From Psammoneis japonica (Eukaryota): a DNA stretch of 39,574 nt. The notes under the pieces are model-generated. The model ran no database searches. It worked only from the letters and a program-made list of their open reading frames with translations, and had not been told where the DNA came from. The stretch covers positions 378,570 through 418,143 of the forward strand of contig QPGO01000068.1 of NCBI GenBank assembly GCA_008632985.1, in the 5' to 3' direction. A program made the position numbers and the translations under genes. This document shows, piece after piece, positions 12,200 through 24,800 of this stretch (the first letter of the stretch is position 1; each line of letters starts with the position of its first letter).

Positions 12200-13950
12200 T
12201 CTTTGTGGGTTCTCTTGAGCCAAAAGACATCACATGAAATTGTTGCCTGTGGTGCTGCAATGATGTGTCATGCTGTGATGTGGACACTGGGGTGCATGTG
12301 GTGGCTGATGCTGGGTGAGGAGCAATGACGTGTGCACAGTTTCTTCAGCCATGCATGAACCGAACAATGTTTTTGAGTCCTGTCTCCAAACTGGCTCCAT
12401 CTGCTGTTGCTGGGCCTGCACACAGTCATTAAAATGGCAGGAAGGACGACTTGAGCAAAAGCATTTTTGTGGTGCTCTCATTCTCTTGACTGACTGCGTG
12501 CCCCCATCACCTTGCTCACTTGTTGATCCTCCATGCCCATTGACACATGAACACACTTGCATTGCCTCCACAGAGATTTTTGCTGCCCCGCACTTTGACA
12601 TCCCACTTCAGTGGCTTCATTTCTCATTTTTGGCTTGCCTTTGGAACACATTGTGACAGTTGTGCACACTTTGGAGGCATGCCTTCAAGTCAAATCCTTG
12701 TGATTCCAATTGAATTGATCACTCTCACCAAAATGATGTTGCACTGATCTGAACAGGCAAGGTTTGTGCTGCATTGCATGAGACTCCATTGGTCTTGCTG
12801 GAACGTGCAATTTCAATCACTTGCATGGGCTGAAAATGTGGGTCAAACTGCAGACTGATGCACAATGAAAAGATTGTCAATGACCCAAGAAGTGCACTGC
12901 GCTTGACTCTTGTTTGCATTTGCAACCATGTTAGAATCTCAAATCCATGGTTGAAAAGGAGGTGAGAACAACCAGGCAAATGGTGGTCCACCCCAATTCT
13001 TGCCTCTCCCATGGACAGAATGCAGCTGACATGAAGGAATCAAGTGAGTGCCATTGGCAAAGATGTGCTCCAGCCCCAGGTGAAACTCTCTGTGATGCTG
13101 GGCACACAGAATTCTGTGTGCAAGCTCTGCACTGAAATCATCTTTTGATGAAGACACACATGATTGCCGACAGAAAAAGAGGCAATTTTGCATGTGTGCA
13201 AACTCATCCATGCTTGTGGCACATTGTTTCCAATTTGACTTGGAAGTGGAAGAAGGGAGCTGTTCTTGCTCAAAGCAGCAAGTGCACAGTGTGATTCATT
13301 GCTGTTCCTTCAACAAGCACCATGCAATCTCTTGCACCAAGAGCAACCCTCTTGTTGTGCACATGAAAGTTCATGTGAAGAAGGTTTCAGCCCCTCTCTC
13401 CACCCACAGAGGATGTGTTTCAGATGCAGGTGGGAATCTGTGTGACATTGGTCCCACACAGAGTTCTGTGTGCAAGCTCCATTTTCACAAGGTGATGAAT
13501 GTGTCAATGATCACCAACAGAAAAAAAAAGAGGCAATTTGGGAATGCACAAACTCATCATCCACCATGATTGAAGTGCATCATTTCTCACTTGGCCCAGT
13601 GCATTCTTCAGACATTGAAAAATGTGCTGGGCACTCTGTTGTTCCCACAAATGCATCAAATAAAAAGTCTTGGTCTTTGCAAAACAGATGGCGTGGAACA
13701 ATTCTGTGGAAGAGCGCATGCAGAAATGCACATGCAAAGCATGCAACAGATGACAAAAAAATTGTGTCACATGTCAGCACTGCAAGCTCCCACCCAGGGC
13801 TGGAGTGCATCAGAGGTTCATTGCTTTTCTTTTGAGGAAAATGCAAGGAATTTGTGTGCAAAGGAAAACTTGCAACTTGCCTTTGGTGCTGCAATGATGC
13901 CACCAACTTGGATGTGTGTGGAGAGGTCAATGCTGGTGACTGGTCAGCGG
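12200..13950 (-). pseudogene. Decayed repeated coding modules of an unidentified family
   Basis: Motif EL.HR(I/T)L with NCLF-like neighbour at ~13110-13210 and ~13455-13560; TTGCCT(G/T)TGGTGCTGCAATGATG (IIAAP) at ~12243 and ~13877. Confidence 0.3.
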
Positions 13951-15329
13951 GGAGATGCTGGGGCATTTGAGCTCAAAAATCGAAAAAGTGTGACACCCCA
14001 AACAAGGAAAATCAATGCTTCCTTTCAAACACAGGGACATGCAGGGACTGTGGCAGCAACCTGGTTTTCTTGCAATGCTTTGCTGCTTTTCATGTCACTT
14101 GCTGAGCTTTGACACAAAAAAAATTTGGTGTTCAGGATTTTGTCTTGGCCCAGAGCATGTTGTGCTGTGTGCACCAGGGTTGCCCAGGTCATCAGGGCTC
14201 TCATGTTGCATGTCAACCCACTGCATTGCCAGTGAAAAAACAAAGCTTGAGCTGAAGGAAGATCTCTGCACACCCAGGAACTGTGCTGGGGAGTCTGTGG
14301 ATGGTTTCATCACCACACTTTGTTGGAGTCAAATGACGTCCTCTAAAATTGCCAGGAAAAGTGCCCAGCCCTGCAGAGTCATGGTCTGCAGTGCTTCTGA
14401 GGTGTCAGCACTGTCATTTTCTTCACCAGGCAAAGAGACCAAACCTTTGTTGGTGCTGCACAGATGCAAAAGATCATCTTCAAGAGTCCTTTTGTGACCA
14501 CCAAGCAGACCCACCATGGTCAAGGTGGCACTGCAAAGTGAAGAGCCAGGGGAAGCTTCTTTGATGCTGTGAGAGACAAATGTGTGCTGTGGAGAACAAC
14601 AACAAAGTTGTGGGAGGACTGCAACATGCTGTTGGCGGATGCTTCAGAACATGCTGGAGGCATGGCAATGTGGTGGGATGTTCTCAGATGGTGTGACATT
14701 GACAAAACACAACATTTCCACACAAAAAAAAGCTCCCAAATCTATTGCTTGCATCGTGCAACATTGTTTTCAACAGCATTGTCAAAAAGAGATCTCAACA
14801 AGAGCTCAAACTTTGAATTCAGAGTGTTTTGCTGAGATGGCTGCCAACCTGCAAAAATCTCACAGCACTGTGGGGCAAGAGCCTGCAAATTGCCACAGAC
14901 ATTGCTGGGAGACTGGGAAATGAGAAAAACAATTTTTCCATGAGAGGTGCAAATTCAAGAATGAAAAATGAAAAAATGGTCTGTTCTTGAAATGTTGCAG
15001 AGGCACTGCAATTGGTTGAAGTCATTGCAGCAATTTGGCCAACATTGCAGGAAAACATGCAACGACATTGTGGCAAAGCCAGGTTGCACATGACAGAGCA
15101 GGCTGCAGCTGATGAACAACAACCACCTGCATGATGCTGGCATTGTGCCCAACTCAGATTGACTTGGACCTTTTTCAGAGTGACATTTTTGGAATTGAAG
15201 ACTGCAGCTGGTTCATGGTGTCACACCAGCAACAAATGACAACTGCTCAAACAGCAAAGCTCCCTTTCTCCTGCCACTAAAATGAGCAGTTCTTTGTGCA
15301 TGGTTTCTTGACTCAATGTGTGTCTGTGC

Positions 15330-16130
15330 AGGGCACCAACTGGAATTTTCTGTCACCACCTTGCCCCTTGGCCATGGCACTGTGACCCATTTCTGGACGG
15401 CCAAGACACCAAAACATCAACCATCACCAGTGACCGAAAAGAAGCCACCCACACACACTTGTCAAAATTTTGTTTCTGATGCAGTGTCTGCTGCTGGTCT
15501 CTTGACAGTGGCAACATGGGGGGCAGAGATGGCATCTGCTCAAGAAGCAACTGCAGCCAAGGAAGGTGGCATTGCCCTCTTCAAGCTGCTGTTGGTCTCA
15601 AGTGCATTGAATTGAAACCAGTGCTGGACCGTCCCCTCAATGTGGTCAACTTGTTGCCATCTCGTGTGCAGCTCATGTCAAACTCCCCAACAAGAACAAG
15701 GAAAAATTCGATTCCAACAGGATGCTGTTGAAACATGGAAATGGTTGAACTGTTGCAGGCTTGGATGAGGGCTTGCACACCATGAAAGTTGGGGGCGTGT
15801 GTCGTGTTGTTATTCCACCAAAGTCAAGCTTTGTAGATTCTGGCTTGGGGCTTCTGCCAGCTGGTCCCTTTGATCAAAGAAAACTCAACAAATTGCTGGA
15901 TCAAATGGTGGCTGCTTGGAATGGCAATGCAATCTTTGATGTCGAGTTGCAGCAAGTTTTGGATGATGAAGCAGACCAAGGCTGCTACGAGGATGGTTCC
16001 TCAATGCCTGATCAATTCAACACTTTGCAAAACAACATTCAAGAAAAGGCTTCCAAGGCTGCCATGGAAGAAATGGAAAATGGCAAGGGCGAGCACCTTT
16101 CCCACCACCCCAACAGTGTAAACCAGCAGA
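15330..16130 (+). pseudogene. FKBP-type peptidyl-prolyl isomerase pseudogene (plastid/thylakoid FKBP-like)
   Basis: GLKCIELKP-(fs)-AGPSPQCGQLVAISCAAHVKLP..KFDS..LLKHGNG*TVAGLDEGLHTMKVGGVCRVVIPPK..IFDVEL: full FKBP motif set with Y->C/H, R->stop and frameshifts. Confidence 0.85.
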
Positions 16131-16199
16131 AGAGTTTCTTTCTAATTAGCACAGCAGCATGCACTGGAGCAGTCATGACATTGAAACTTCTGTTTCACA

Positions 16200-17250
16200 A
16201 AGAGTGCATGTGGTGCTAGTTCTCAGAGAGTCCACCAATGCTGCAGCACAATCTGGGGACACTGCATCAACTCTGGGAGCATCAGCCGCCATGCCAATTG
16301 CCAGATTAGCACCAGCAATTGCTGATGATGCCATGGCAAATGCTGGAAAAGCACGGAGCACCAAGCACACATTCATCTGACTGTGTGATGAGGATGCTTT
16401 GGGTGAGAACATGATGACCTCTGTGACATTGCCAAATGAACGCTCTCCTGATGAAAACACAAATGCCAAGAGTTCCTGGATGGATTGCTTCTGCTTCTGG
16501 TGATGATTCAATCCTTCCAAATGTCAGATTGCAAGTTGGGAGCAAGTGAGGTGGTGCCCACCTTGTGTGGTTGTGTTTCACAATGTCAACTCCACACAGC
16601 ATGTGTGCATGAGGTTGTGTGCTGTGAAACATGCGTCCTGGTGCAAGACCCAGCTGGTCGGCGAGTTGTTTAATTTCACTGCACAAGCACCACCACCAAT
16701 TTCTCTGATGCTGCAGCCACAGTGCAGTGGGACAGTCAAACACACAAAGGCCATTTTGGGAATTTGCAGGTTGTGCCTTCTCTGTCAAGAGTCCAATTTG
16801 TCTTTGAGTGTGGCAAGTCCAACCCCAAATGAGATGAGGGTGGTGAGTCCATTCACCGATGATGGCCACTTGACTTTTGTTGTGCAGTGCAGTGGTCAAG
16901 AGAAACATTCCTGATGGCATGGAGTAGAGAATGACAGAGACATGGCCAAAAGCACCAAGCAAATGCTGGCCAACTGCTGTGTTTGCACTGCATTCAGCAT
17001 GGGGAGCTGCAGCCACACAAAAAAGGAGGATTTTGACTGCCAGTTCTCCACCAAAGATTTGGAAGGCAACAAGCACCCCCCCCAAGAGAACAACAGAGTT
17101 TGACAAAGCTGAAAAAGTTCCAAGCACCTGGCTTGTCATCAGGCCCAGTGAGAGTGACCTGGCTGCTGAAGCCAAGCATTTGCACTCATCAGCTGTGAAG
17201 AGAATGGGCAGACAAAGCAGCGGCAGGTCACCTCAATCACCATGATGCTT
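16200..17250 (-). pseudogene. Decayed multi-pass membrane protein gene (transporter-like)
   Basis: Several hydrophobic segments (SVVLLGGVLVAFQIF, VKILLFCVAAAP, LLGAFGHVSVILY, CLVLRAFPAFAMASS); family not established. Confidence 0.4.
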
Positions 17251-18649
17251 GGGCAGACTTTGCAGCAACAGTTTGTGAAAACTCTCAAGCACCCTGCATC
17301 ATGGCTCCAGTTTTTATGAGAGTGGACTTCCAGCTGCAGGCACCAATTGGAGAGAAATGTGGCATGGATGTGGTGTGCTGCCCTGCTTCATTTGTGCAGG
17401 CTGTGCCTTCTCAAGTCAATGTGGTCTTGGATGTTGTTGACAAGTGTGTCATGCCCAACTGCTGGGAGAGAAAGCTCCCTGCAAATGACCCACAAATTGG
17501 CAGAAATTTGAAGCTTGCTGGAACAAAGAGGTGCATCTCAGGATGACAACTGGCCCAGTGGTTTGACAAGACCCAAGAATGTGTGTCAAGTCAGAGGAGA
17601 AACTGGGTTGTTGACAACCTTTCAAAGCAATGAATTGACCAGCAGCACTGCAGCCATTGGCCTCACATTTTTAACACATTGCAGAGGAAACAGTTTGCAA
17701 AAGAGTGGATGTGGAGACATGGAAGCTGGGTTGGCCATGAAGAGCTGAGCAGCAGTGCCACAAGTGTGCAAACAATGCCAACAAAGGTTGACACATGGAG
17801 CAAGCAATTTGAACAAAAACCTGCATGGCTCCAAAATGGTTGCCACATTGACTTGAATTTTGGAGGCTGCAGTCATGCCCAAGACTGACACAGCTCTCCA
17901 CAGGATGTGCACAAATCCATGGGTGAGCTTCATGCTGACATCAATGGATGGTTTTGGTGCAGGCAACCCAATGGACACAAACACATGCCAAGTGGGGTTG
18001 TTGACAGGTCTCCTTCTGTGGGCCTGCATCAGGTGAAGCAAAGAACAGCAACTGTCAGATGCAACAGTGATCAAGCCCCAAAGAATGCTCCTGATTTGCA
18101 GTGCAATCTTGCTGTGAATTGTCAACAATTTGACCTGCTTTCTTTTCCACATGATTGGCTCAGGAAATCCTCACTTGCTGCCTTGGACTTTGTTTGAAAC
18201 AGAGTGCCATTTGGACAACTCAATTGCATTTGAGGATTTAGATTAACCTTCCTCCTGCCAGATGATGAACTCAGCAGACATGAGTGCCAGAGCAAAGGAG
18301 AGAGGTCAGCAGAGATGCATGAACTGCCTCACAACAAACAAGCATGCCCCGTGCAATCACTTGTCAAAATGCACCATGGCATTTGGCACATGCTGTGCTT
18401 GTGCCATTTTGTTGCCATGTCTGCAATTGCATGCTGCAAAAAATGCTTGTGATGTTGTTTCATCCTCAGCTCTGCTGGCCCAAGCATTTCTGGGACTTTT
18501 GTGTTGAGATTCAACAATGAAGGCACCACTTTTCTGGAAGGCTTGTAGCAGCCACATCTCTGTGGCAATGTGGTTGTCTTCATTCTGAGTTGCTTCCTCT
18601 GCGTTGGCATGCAATGCACTGGTGTGATGCACCCACTGCAATTGTGCCA

Positions 18650-19100
18650 TGCAGCTCAATTCCAGAGGTGAGAAACATCTCAAATGGCAAGAAAAGCAAG
18701 CAAGTGTTGCAGCTTCTTTTGTTCTGGTGCTGCTGGAAAATGGTTCATGGGAGCCACCCATGCCAACTTTGCAAGCAGTGAAGAAGATGTCAAAGACTGC
18801 AAGATCATTGTTGGCTTGATTTTGCTTGTCTCCATTGTCATGTCTTTGGGGGTCGTGCTTGACACTTTGGCCATTTTCAAATTTTGTTGCTGCATTGCAC
18901 TGAAATGTCATCTGCATCTCTTTGCAAGAACACAACCTGTTTTTTGGTTGGAGCTGCTCTGGCAGGAGCCCTTTTCATCAACACTCTCATTGTGAACAGT
19001 GCTCAGGAGGGAGTTGGCATGGGTGGATGCTGCCGCTGCAGCACTTGCCTCTGCAGCATTGCTTCACTCATTGTTGACATGGGACTCCGGTGCTCCACAA
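18650..19100 (+). pseudogene. Decayed small membrane protein gene
   Basis: Hydrophobic pieces IIVGLILLVSIVMSLGVVL and CFLVGAALAGALFI across a frameshift. Confidence 0.3.
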
Positions 19101-20199
19101 CTGCTGCAGGCTGCAAACAAGGAACTTCAATCTGGTTGCCTTGTTTGTGGGTGTTGAGTCAAGGAGACAGTGCTGACAAGTGGCGGAGTGGTGGCTCCTT
19201 GGACCAGAGGATCTAGAACCAAAAGCATTGGAAGACAAAACCAGGAGGGTGAGCGAAGTCATCCAGGGAGCCACCGTGCACAATGTTGTGAAGCAGCGCT
19301 GCATGACATTTGTGTGCTGATGTGTTGGGAAGAAAATTTGCTGTGCAATGACAGAGACTTCCTTTCCAGTGTCTGACTGGGTGCCTGGCTGCCCAGTTGC
19401 CACCACATCTGTGAGGTGGCATTCTCACAACACGTTTTGCCTGCAACAGCTGTCAAAGTTTCTTGCTTCACTTGAGATCTGAGCAAGTTGTCATCAGGTT
19501 TCCACACAGCCACACATTCTGTTGATCTCCTCACTCATGTTTTCAAAGGAATCAAAGTTTTTCAAGACATCTTCAACTGCATTTCTTGTGTGCAAGAAGC
19601 AATGACAAAAAGAGTTGCACAAGTGACACAGCATCAAGTGCTTCCAAAGTTGGGTGCCACGCATTGCAGCCCCAGATTCTAGTGTCAAGTGCTGCTGCCA
19701 CAACCCCAGCTGCAACCAAGGGGCTGCACTTCTTTGTCATCATTGACACTGTCCAGCCATCACAGACTCTGACACAGGAAGAGGCAGTGGCTGGATGTGA
19801 CTGGAGACAAGCTTTTGCTGTGGAAATCAGGCTGGGCCTTTCAGCACCCATTTGGGGGGGGGGGAGCACATGTTTGCAAATTTGGTTGCTGGTTTCCTTG
19901 GCAAACATGGCTGCCTGTTGGCCTTGGCTGGGGATGTGACCAAGCTGTGCATGGGGGAGGTTGTTGTTTGCCCACCACAAAGAGGCTTTTGTGGGCACTC
20001 TGTTCTGAAAAAGAGCTTGCAAAGCAAGAAAACAGCAAAGAAGTTCACACAATCAGCACAAGTGCTGCTGCTGCCATCATTCTTGTTTGTGCCTCCAACC
20101 CCAGAAGCATGAAAAGGGCCCCATTTGTGCCAGACACATTGGCTGCACTTGCAACTGAAATTTTCAGGATGGCACACTGTTCGGAGCTGGCAAGCTGGT

Positions 20200-21160
20200 G
20201 AACTGGGTTGAGACAACTGTGCCATTGATGGCATGCTGATGCTGTGAGTTGTGCTCAGAGCAGCTGGCACAGCACTGGAGAGGGCACAGCAGAAAAGGCA
20301 AAGGACAGGGCTGCACTTGACCCAGAAGATGACATTGTTGAGGGGGCTCAATGGCAGGAGTTGTGCTTCTTTGAGCAGATGATGGGATTGTTGAGGGCAT
20401 CTTAGAAGGTGCAAAAGATGGAAAGTCAGCTGACTGCAATGAAGCTGCTGTTGAAGACATTGCTTGGTGTTGAACTCAGCAGTGTTGCAAATGGAGTTTT
20501 CAACATCACAGCAGAAGGTGTTGTGGAGATGACAATTGTTTTTTCTGTGGGCAGTGCTGTTGAAGGCATGTTGCTGGTTGCTTGGTGTCAAACTTGGAGC
20601 TGTGGACAGAGCACAGAGCAGTTGAAGGAACAACAGAGGGTGCCACAAATGACAAATCACTTGGTTTGAAGGTGCATCACTTGGTGCCAAACTTGGAATT
20701 GCAGGTGGAGAGGTCAGGAGCAAAGAAGAAGGCATCACAGATGGAACATTGCTTGGTTCTGCTGTGGGTGCTTTGGAGGCATGTCATCATTTGGTGCCAA
20801 ACTTTGTGCTGCAGACAGAGCAGCCCTCAAGGCACTGTTGAAGAGATGAAAGATGGGGCAAGCCACTTGGTGGTTTGGCTGAAAAGGTGCTGTCAAAGAT
20901 GTGTTTCTTGGCACTGAGCTCAGGGTTGCCAATGGAGCAGTTGAGGGAACAGCAGAGGCTGACATTGATGGGATGTGGCTTGGTTTTGCTGACAGCATTG
21001 GTGTCAGCTGGCACAGTTTCTGCAGATGTTGCCACACCCAGAATTGAGCATCACAGCCAGCAGAAGGGACAGCAGTTGCCTTGTGAGCTCAGACCACCTG
21101 TGCAGTGGTGAACAAGAATTGCAGCAACAGTGCAAAGCAAAACCCCAAGGTGAGGAGCAT
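20200..21160 (-). pseudogene. Decayed second Pro/Ser-repeat secreted protein gene
   Basis: ATG at 21160 with signal-like MLLTLGFCFALLLQFLFTTAQ; fragments SASAVPSTAP, PAIPSLAPSDAPSNQ, DFPSFAPSKMPSTIPSS in shifting frames; TA and CG nearly absent. Confidence 0.65.
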
Positions 21161-21379
21161 TTTATTTTTCTTTTCTGCACCATGGTGACAACTGCTTTCC
21201 AATCATTGTGAGCTGATTCATTTGTCTCTTGCTTGTGGCCAGCACTTCTGCTTTGCAAGACACATGAAAGAGAAGCTCCACAAGCAACAAATCCTGTTGA
21301 AGGTCTAGATTTGTGATCTGCCATGCACCAGGAATCATCCAAGTCAGATCATCTGACAGAATTGATGGATTGAGGAGAG

Positions 21380-21776
21380 TGCAGAAATGAGCCAGATGAC
21401 AGCACAAGCTGGAGCAACAACAATCATCTAAATGGCATGCAAGCCTCAACAGCAGCACAAGAGCCATCAAGTGATCCTGGTTCTCATGAACATAGAAATC
21501 CGCAAGAAGTGAGAGAAGGAGAAGGGAGCCCCAAAAGCAACTGAAAAAGTCAGAAGAGAGAAAAGACACTGTTTCAGTGCCAACCCCACAAGAAGACCAT
21601 GGATTGGATGATCACCAAAAAAAGCAGACCAAAATGATGGGCCAAAAGATGTTGGCCCATGAAACCCAAGAGTCCACAAGCAAGGACAGAGGACCAAAAC
21701 TCTCACAAACACCAACAGCAAAATTGCGTGCATCACTGACCTGTGTCACAGATCAGAAACCAGAACTCTTGTTGCT
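21380..21776 (-). repeat. 3' LTR of Copia 2
   Basis: Aligns with 27252-27617 plus 34454-34484; adjacent to PPT AAGAGAGAG (minus, 21777-21785). Confidence 0.85.
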
Positions 21777-21899
21777 CTCTCTCTTGAGAAGATGTCAACT
21801 GCAAGACATCAGATTGCCGCTGAGATTTCAAAATAAAGTTTGCACCAAAACACAACCCATCATGCAATGATGAAAACCACAAAATGAATCTGCCACATC

Positions 21900-24800
21900 C
21901 TGCCACCCCATGATCTTCTTCCACAAATGCTCAGACTTCTCCTGCACCAAACCCTTTGTCAAGGCATCAGCCCACTGCTCTTCACTGGCAATCTTCTGAG
22001 TGCAAATCATGGAGTCAAGTTCTGAAATGTGAGACTTGAAAAAGTGATGCTTGACCCCAATGTGCTTGGTGCGCAGAGCCATCTTTGGCATTGTGGCCAA
22101 CATCAAAGCACCGTTGTTGTCCTCAAAAACAGGAGTGGAGCAACATTTCATCATCCTGATTGGCACTCATCAAAGAGGAGACCTCCTTGACAAGCTCTTT
22201 CATGGGTGGCAGAACTCTCATTGCCTGAGATGGGGCAACACACTCTGCCTTGAGTGTGGACAACACAATCTTGGTCTGCAGCTTGGAAGCCCAAATCAAT
22301 GGGTTGCCGCCAATGGTCAAAAAGTGCCTAGACCAAATCTTGATGCACACAGGATCTTGTGGGTCCTTGCAGTTTCAAAGTTCAGCAAAAGTCACGTCAC
22401 AACAACAGTTCAACCTTGAGCTGTTGGAGACAGTGAAAATGACACCACGATCCTTTGTGCCTTGAAGACACCCAACAATCTGCTTGACCACTTCCTCATG
22501 GCTCTTCTTGGGATTGTGCATGAACCCAGCCAGCAGCTGTGGACTGCATGTTGAATGCAAGCCTTGCATTGGAGGCCAAGCAGAGCATCGTGCCAATGAT
22601 GCTGGTGCAGCTCCATGATTTGACTCACTTAGAACCATCAGCATGTTGGCAGCTGAAGGAGTTGAGCTGGATGGAGTCTTCTTCATCATGTGACAATCCT
22701 TTACATTCACAGCAGCAACACTCTTTTTGATGAGACCCTTTTGAGTGAGATGGAGAGTCCCAGCCTCATCGTCCCCGTCAATGTTGATGCCAAGAAAACC
22801 ATTTGCATCATCCTCAACATCAAGTTCACAGCCGCTGGCCTTGAGTTCACTCACAATGTTGTCGATTTTGTAAGATCTTTTGCAAAGAACAAACAATCAT
22901 CCACACACACGAGACAAACAACGTCTTTGCTGAAGAACAAACATGGACCACTCTTGCTAGAGTGCAATCTGACCTCTTCCAGACCCTTGGACAAATGCTG
23001 GAACCATGCAGTTGTGGCTTGTTGCAATCCACACAAGCTCTTGTTCAGCTTTAATGTGCACAGCCACCTTCATCTTCCATCTCAAAGAGCCAGGCAATTC
23101 AACACAAACATCCTCTTCAATGTCTGCCCAAGCAAAAGCAAGGGTGTGGTCAACTTGACAGGATGCCAATCCATGCATGAAGATTTGACAGACTCGCAGA
23201 GGCAACTGAACCATGCTCTGCTGGACCACTGGAGCACAAGTCTCAAAGAGATCAATTCCTGCTTGTTGATGGTTCCCTTGCACACAAAACCGTGCCTTGA
23301 ACTTCTTGAGACATCCATCAGGGTTTCTCTTGATCACAAGCACCCAAGTGCCAGGCAAAACATTTGCACTCAACTGCACTGACTCACGTTGCACCAGAGC
23401 AAATGAGCTGCACTGCATCAAGTCACAATCTTGAAATGCACAGCTTTCTTGAACTCTTCCACACATGGTCCTGCCATCACTTCATGACACACAGGAGCAT
23501 CAGGATTGTGAGTCTTCTTGCTTGCAAAAGAACCCAACAAATGTGCTGACAGTGGACATGCAGCATTGATGCCATCACCGTCAAGGTCAGCAAACATCGC
23601 ACACATCTTTGCAAATTCCACTGTCCTGCAACCAGACTTGAGCCAACATGTTAAATTGGAAACAAAAGAAGCCATGCCTTTGAGGGCATGTCCATCACAA
23701 CCATGCTTGTCAGTCCTTTCACAGCCATGATGTTCTAGAGGACAAACTGTTCTTCCAGAGCTTGTCTGAGTCAGAGTCAGAGTTGAAGCATCTGGAGCTT
23801 CTGGGAAATGGTTGTCATGATCAGCAACCAAAGGTGCATCTTGAGATCTGGGAATTCCAGAGTCTCCCCTTGAGCCTCTGTTGCATCAGCTAGAGACAAA
23901 GGAGCTTCAACACTTGGAGGAGTGTTTTCATTGTGAACAAAATCTGAAGACAATGGAAGATCTGGCAAAATGTCATTGGAGTGTGAAACACTGAACTGTC
24001 TGGGAGCACTGGATTTTGAATTGTCCTTGAGAAGAAGAAGGTGCTCCAGGGATCCAGGTGTCCTCTCTCTCTGTTTCATTGGCATTGACACTTGTGCTCT
24101 TTGTTGCCTCCACAACTCTTCCTGTTCAGCATGTTGATCATGCAATTCTTCAGCAGCAAGCCAATCATCTGATGATGGAGGCAGGTGCAATCCTTCATCA
24201 TTCTCCACGTGACATCTTGAAGTGGTGAGGAGATCCAACCAGTTTCTTGGTGGTCCATGCTCATCATCCAAGTGGACCATCTCAAACCAATTGTCACAGA
24301 CAACATGGAATTGAGGCAACACAGAACCACTCTTGAGGTTTCTAATTGAACCAATGTCACTCACATGGACAGGCGCATGACCCACAAATTGTCCTCTGCA
24401 ACTTTGGGCTTTCCAACATGGCATTTCTTGCCATCTTGCAATGTTGGATCCAACACACAGGTCGGACAACCCCAAACAGCTGAATTTGTGAGGGTTGAAC
24501 TTGAAGAAACTTTCACTCATGTGAAGACTTGTTTGGGACACAATCCATCAAAATCCATTCAAGGGGTCAAATTCCACAAGTGGACAGAATTGCTCACATC
24601 TCACATCCATGGGCCACAAATCCATCTCCGGTGCATCTGGCCATCAAACTGCAGCATGAAACATCACAGTCTGAGCTCTTTTGGTGACAGGGTGAATTGC
24701 TTGCTCAGCAATTGCACTCTGATGGTGTGCACCAACACCAGCAAGCTTCCTTCCCTGTCCTTTCTCTCCTCAAATTCCTTGAGGAATTCTTTGCTCACGA

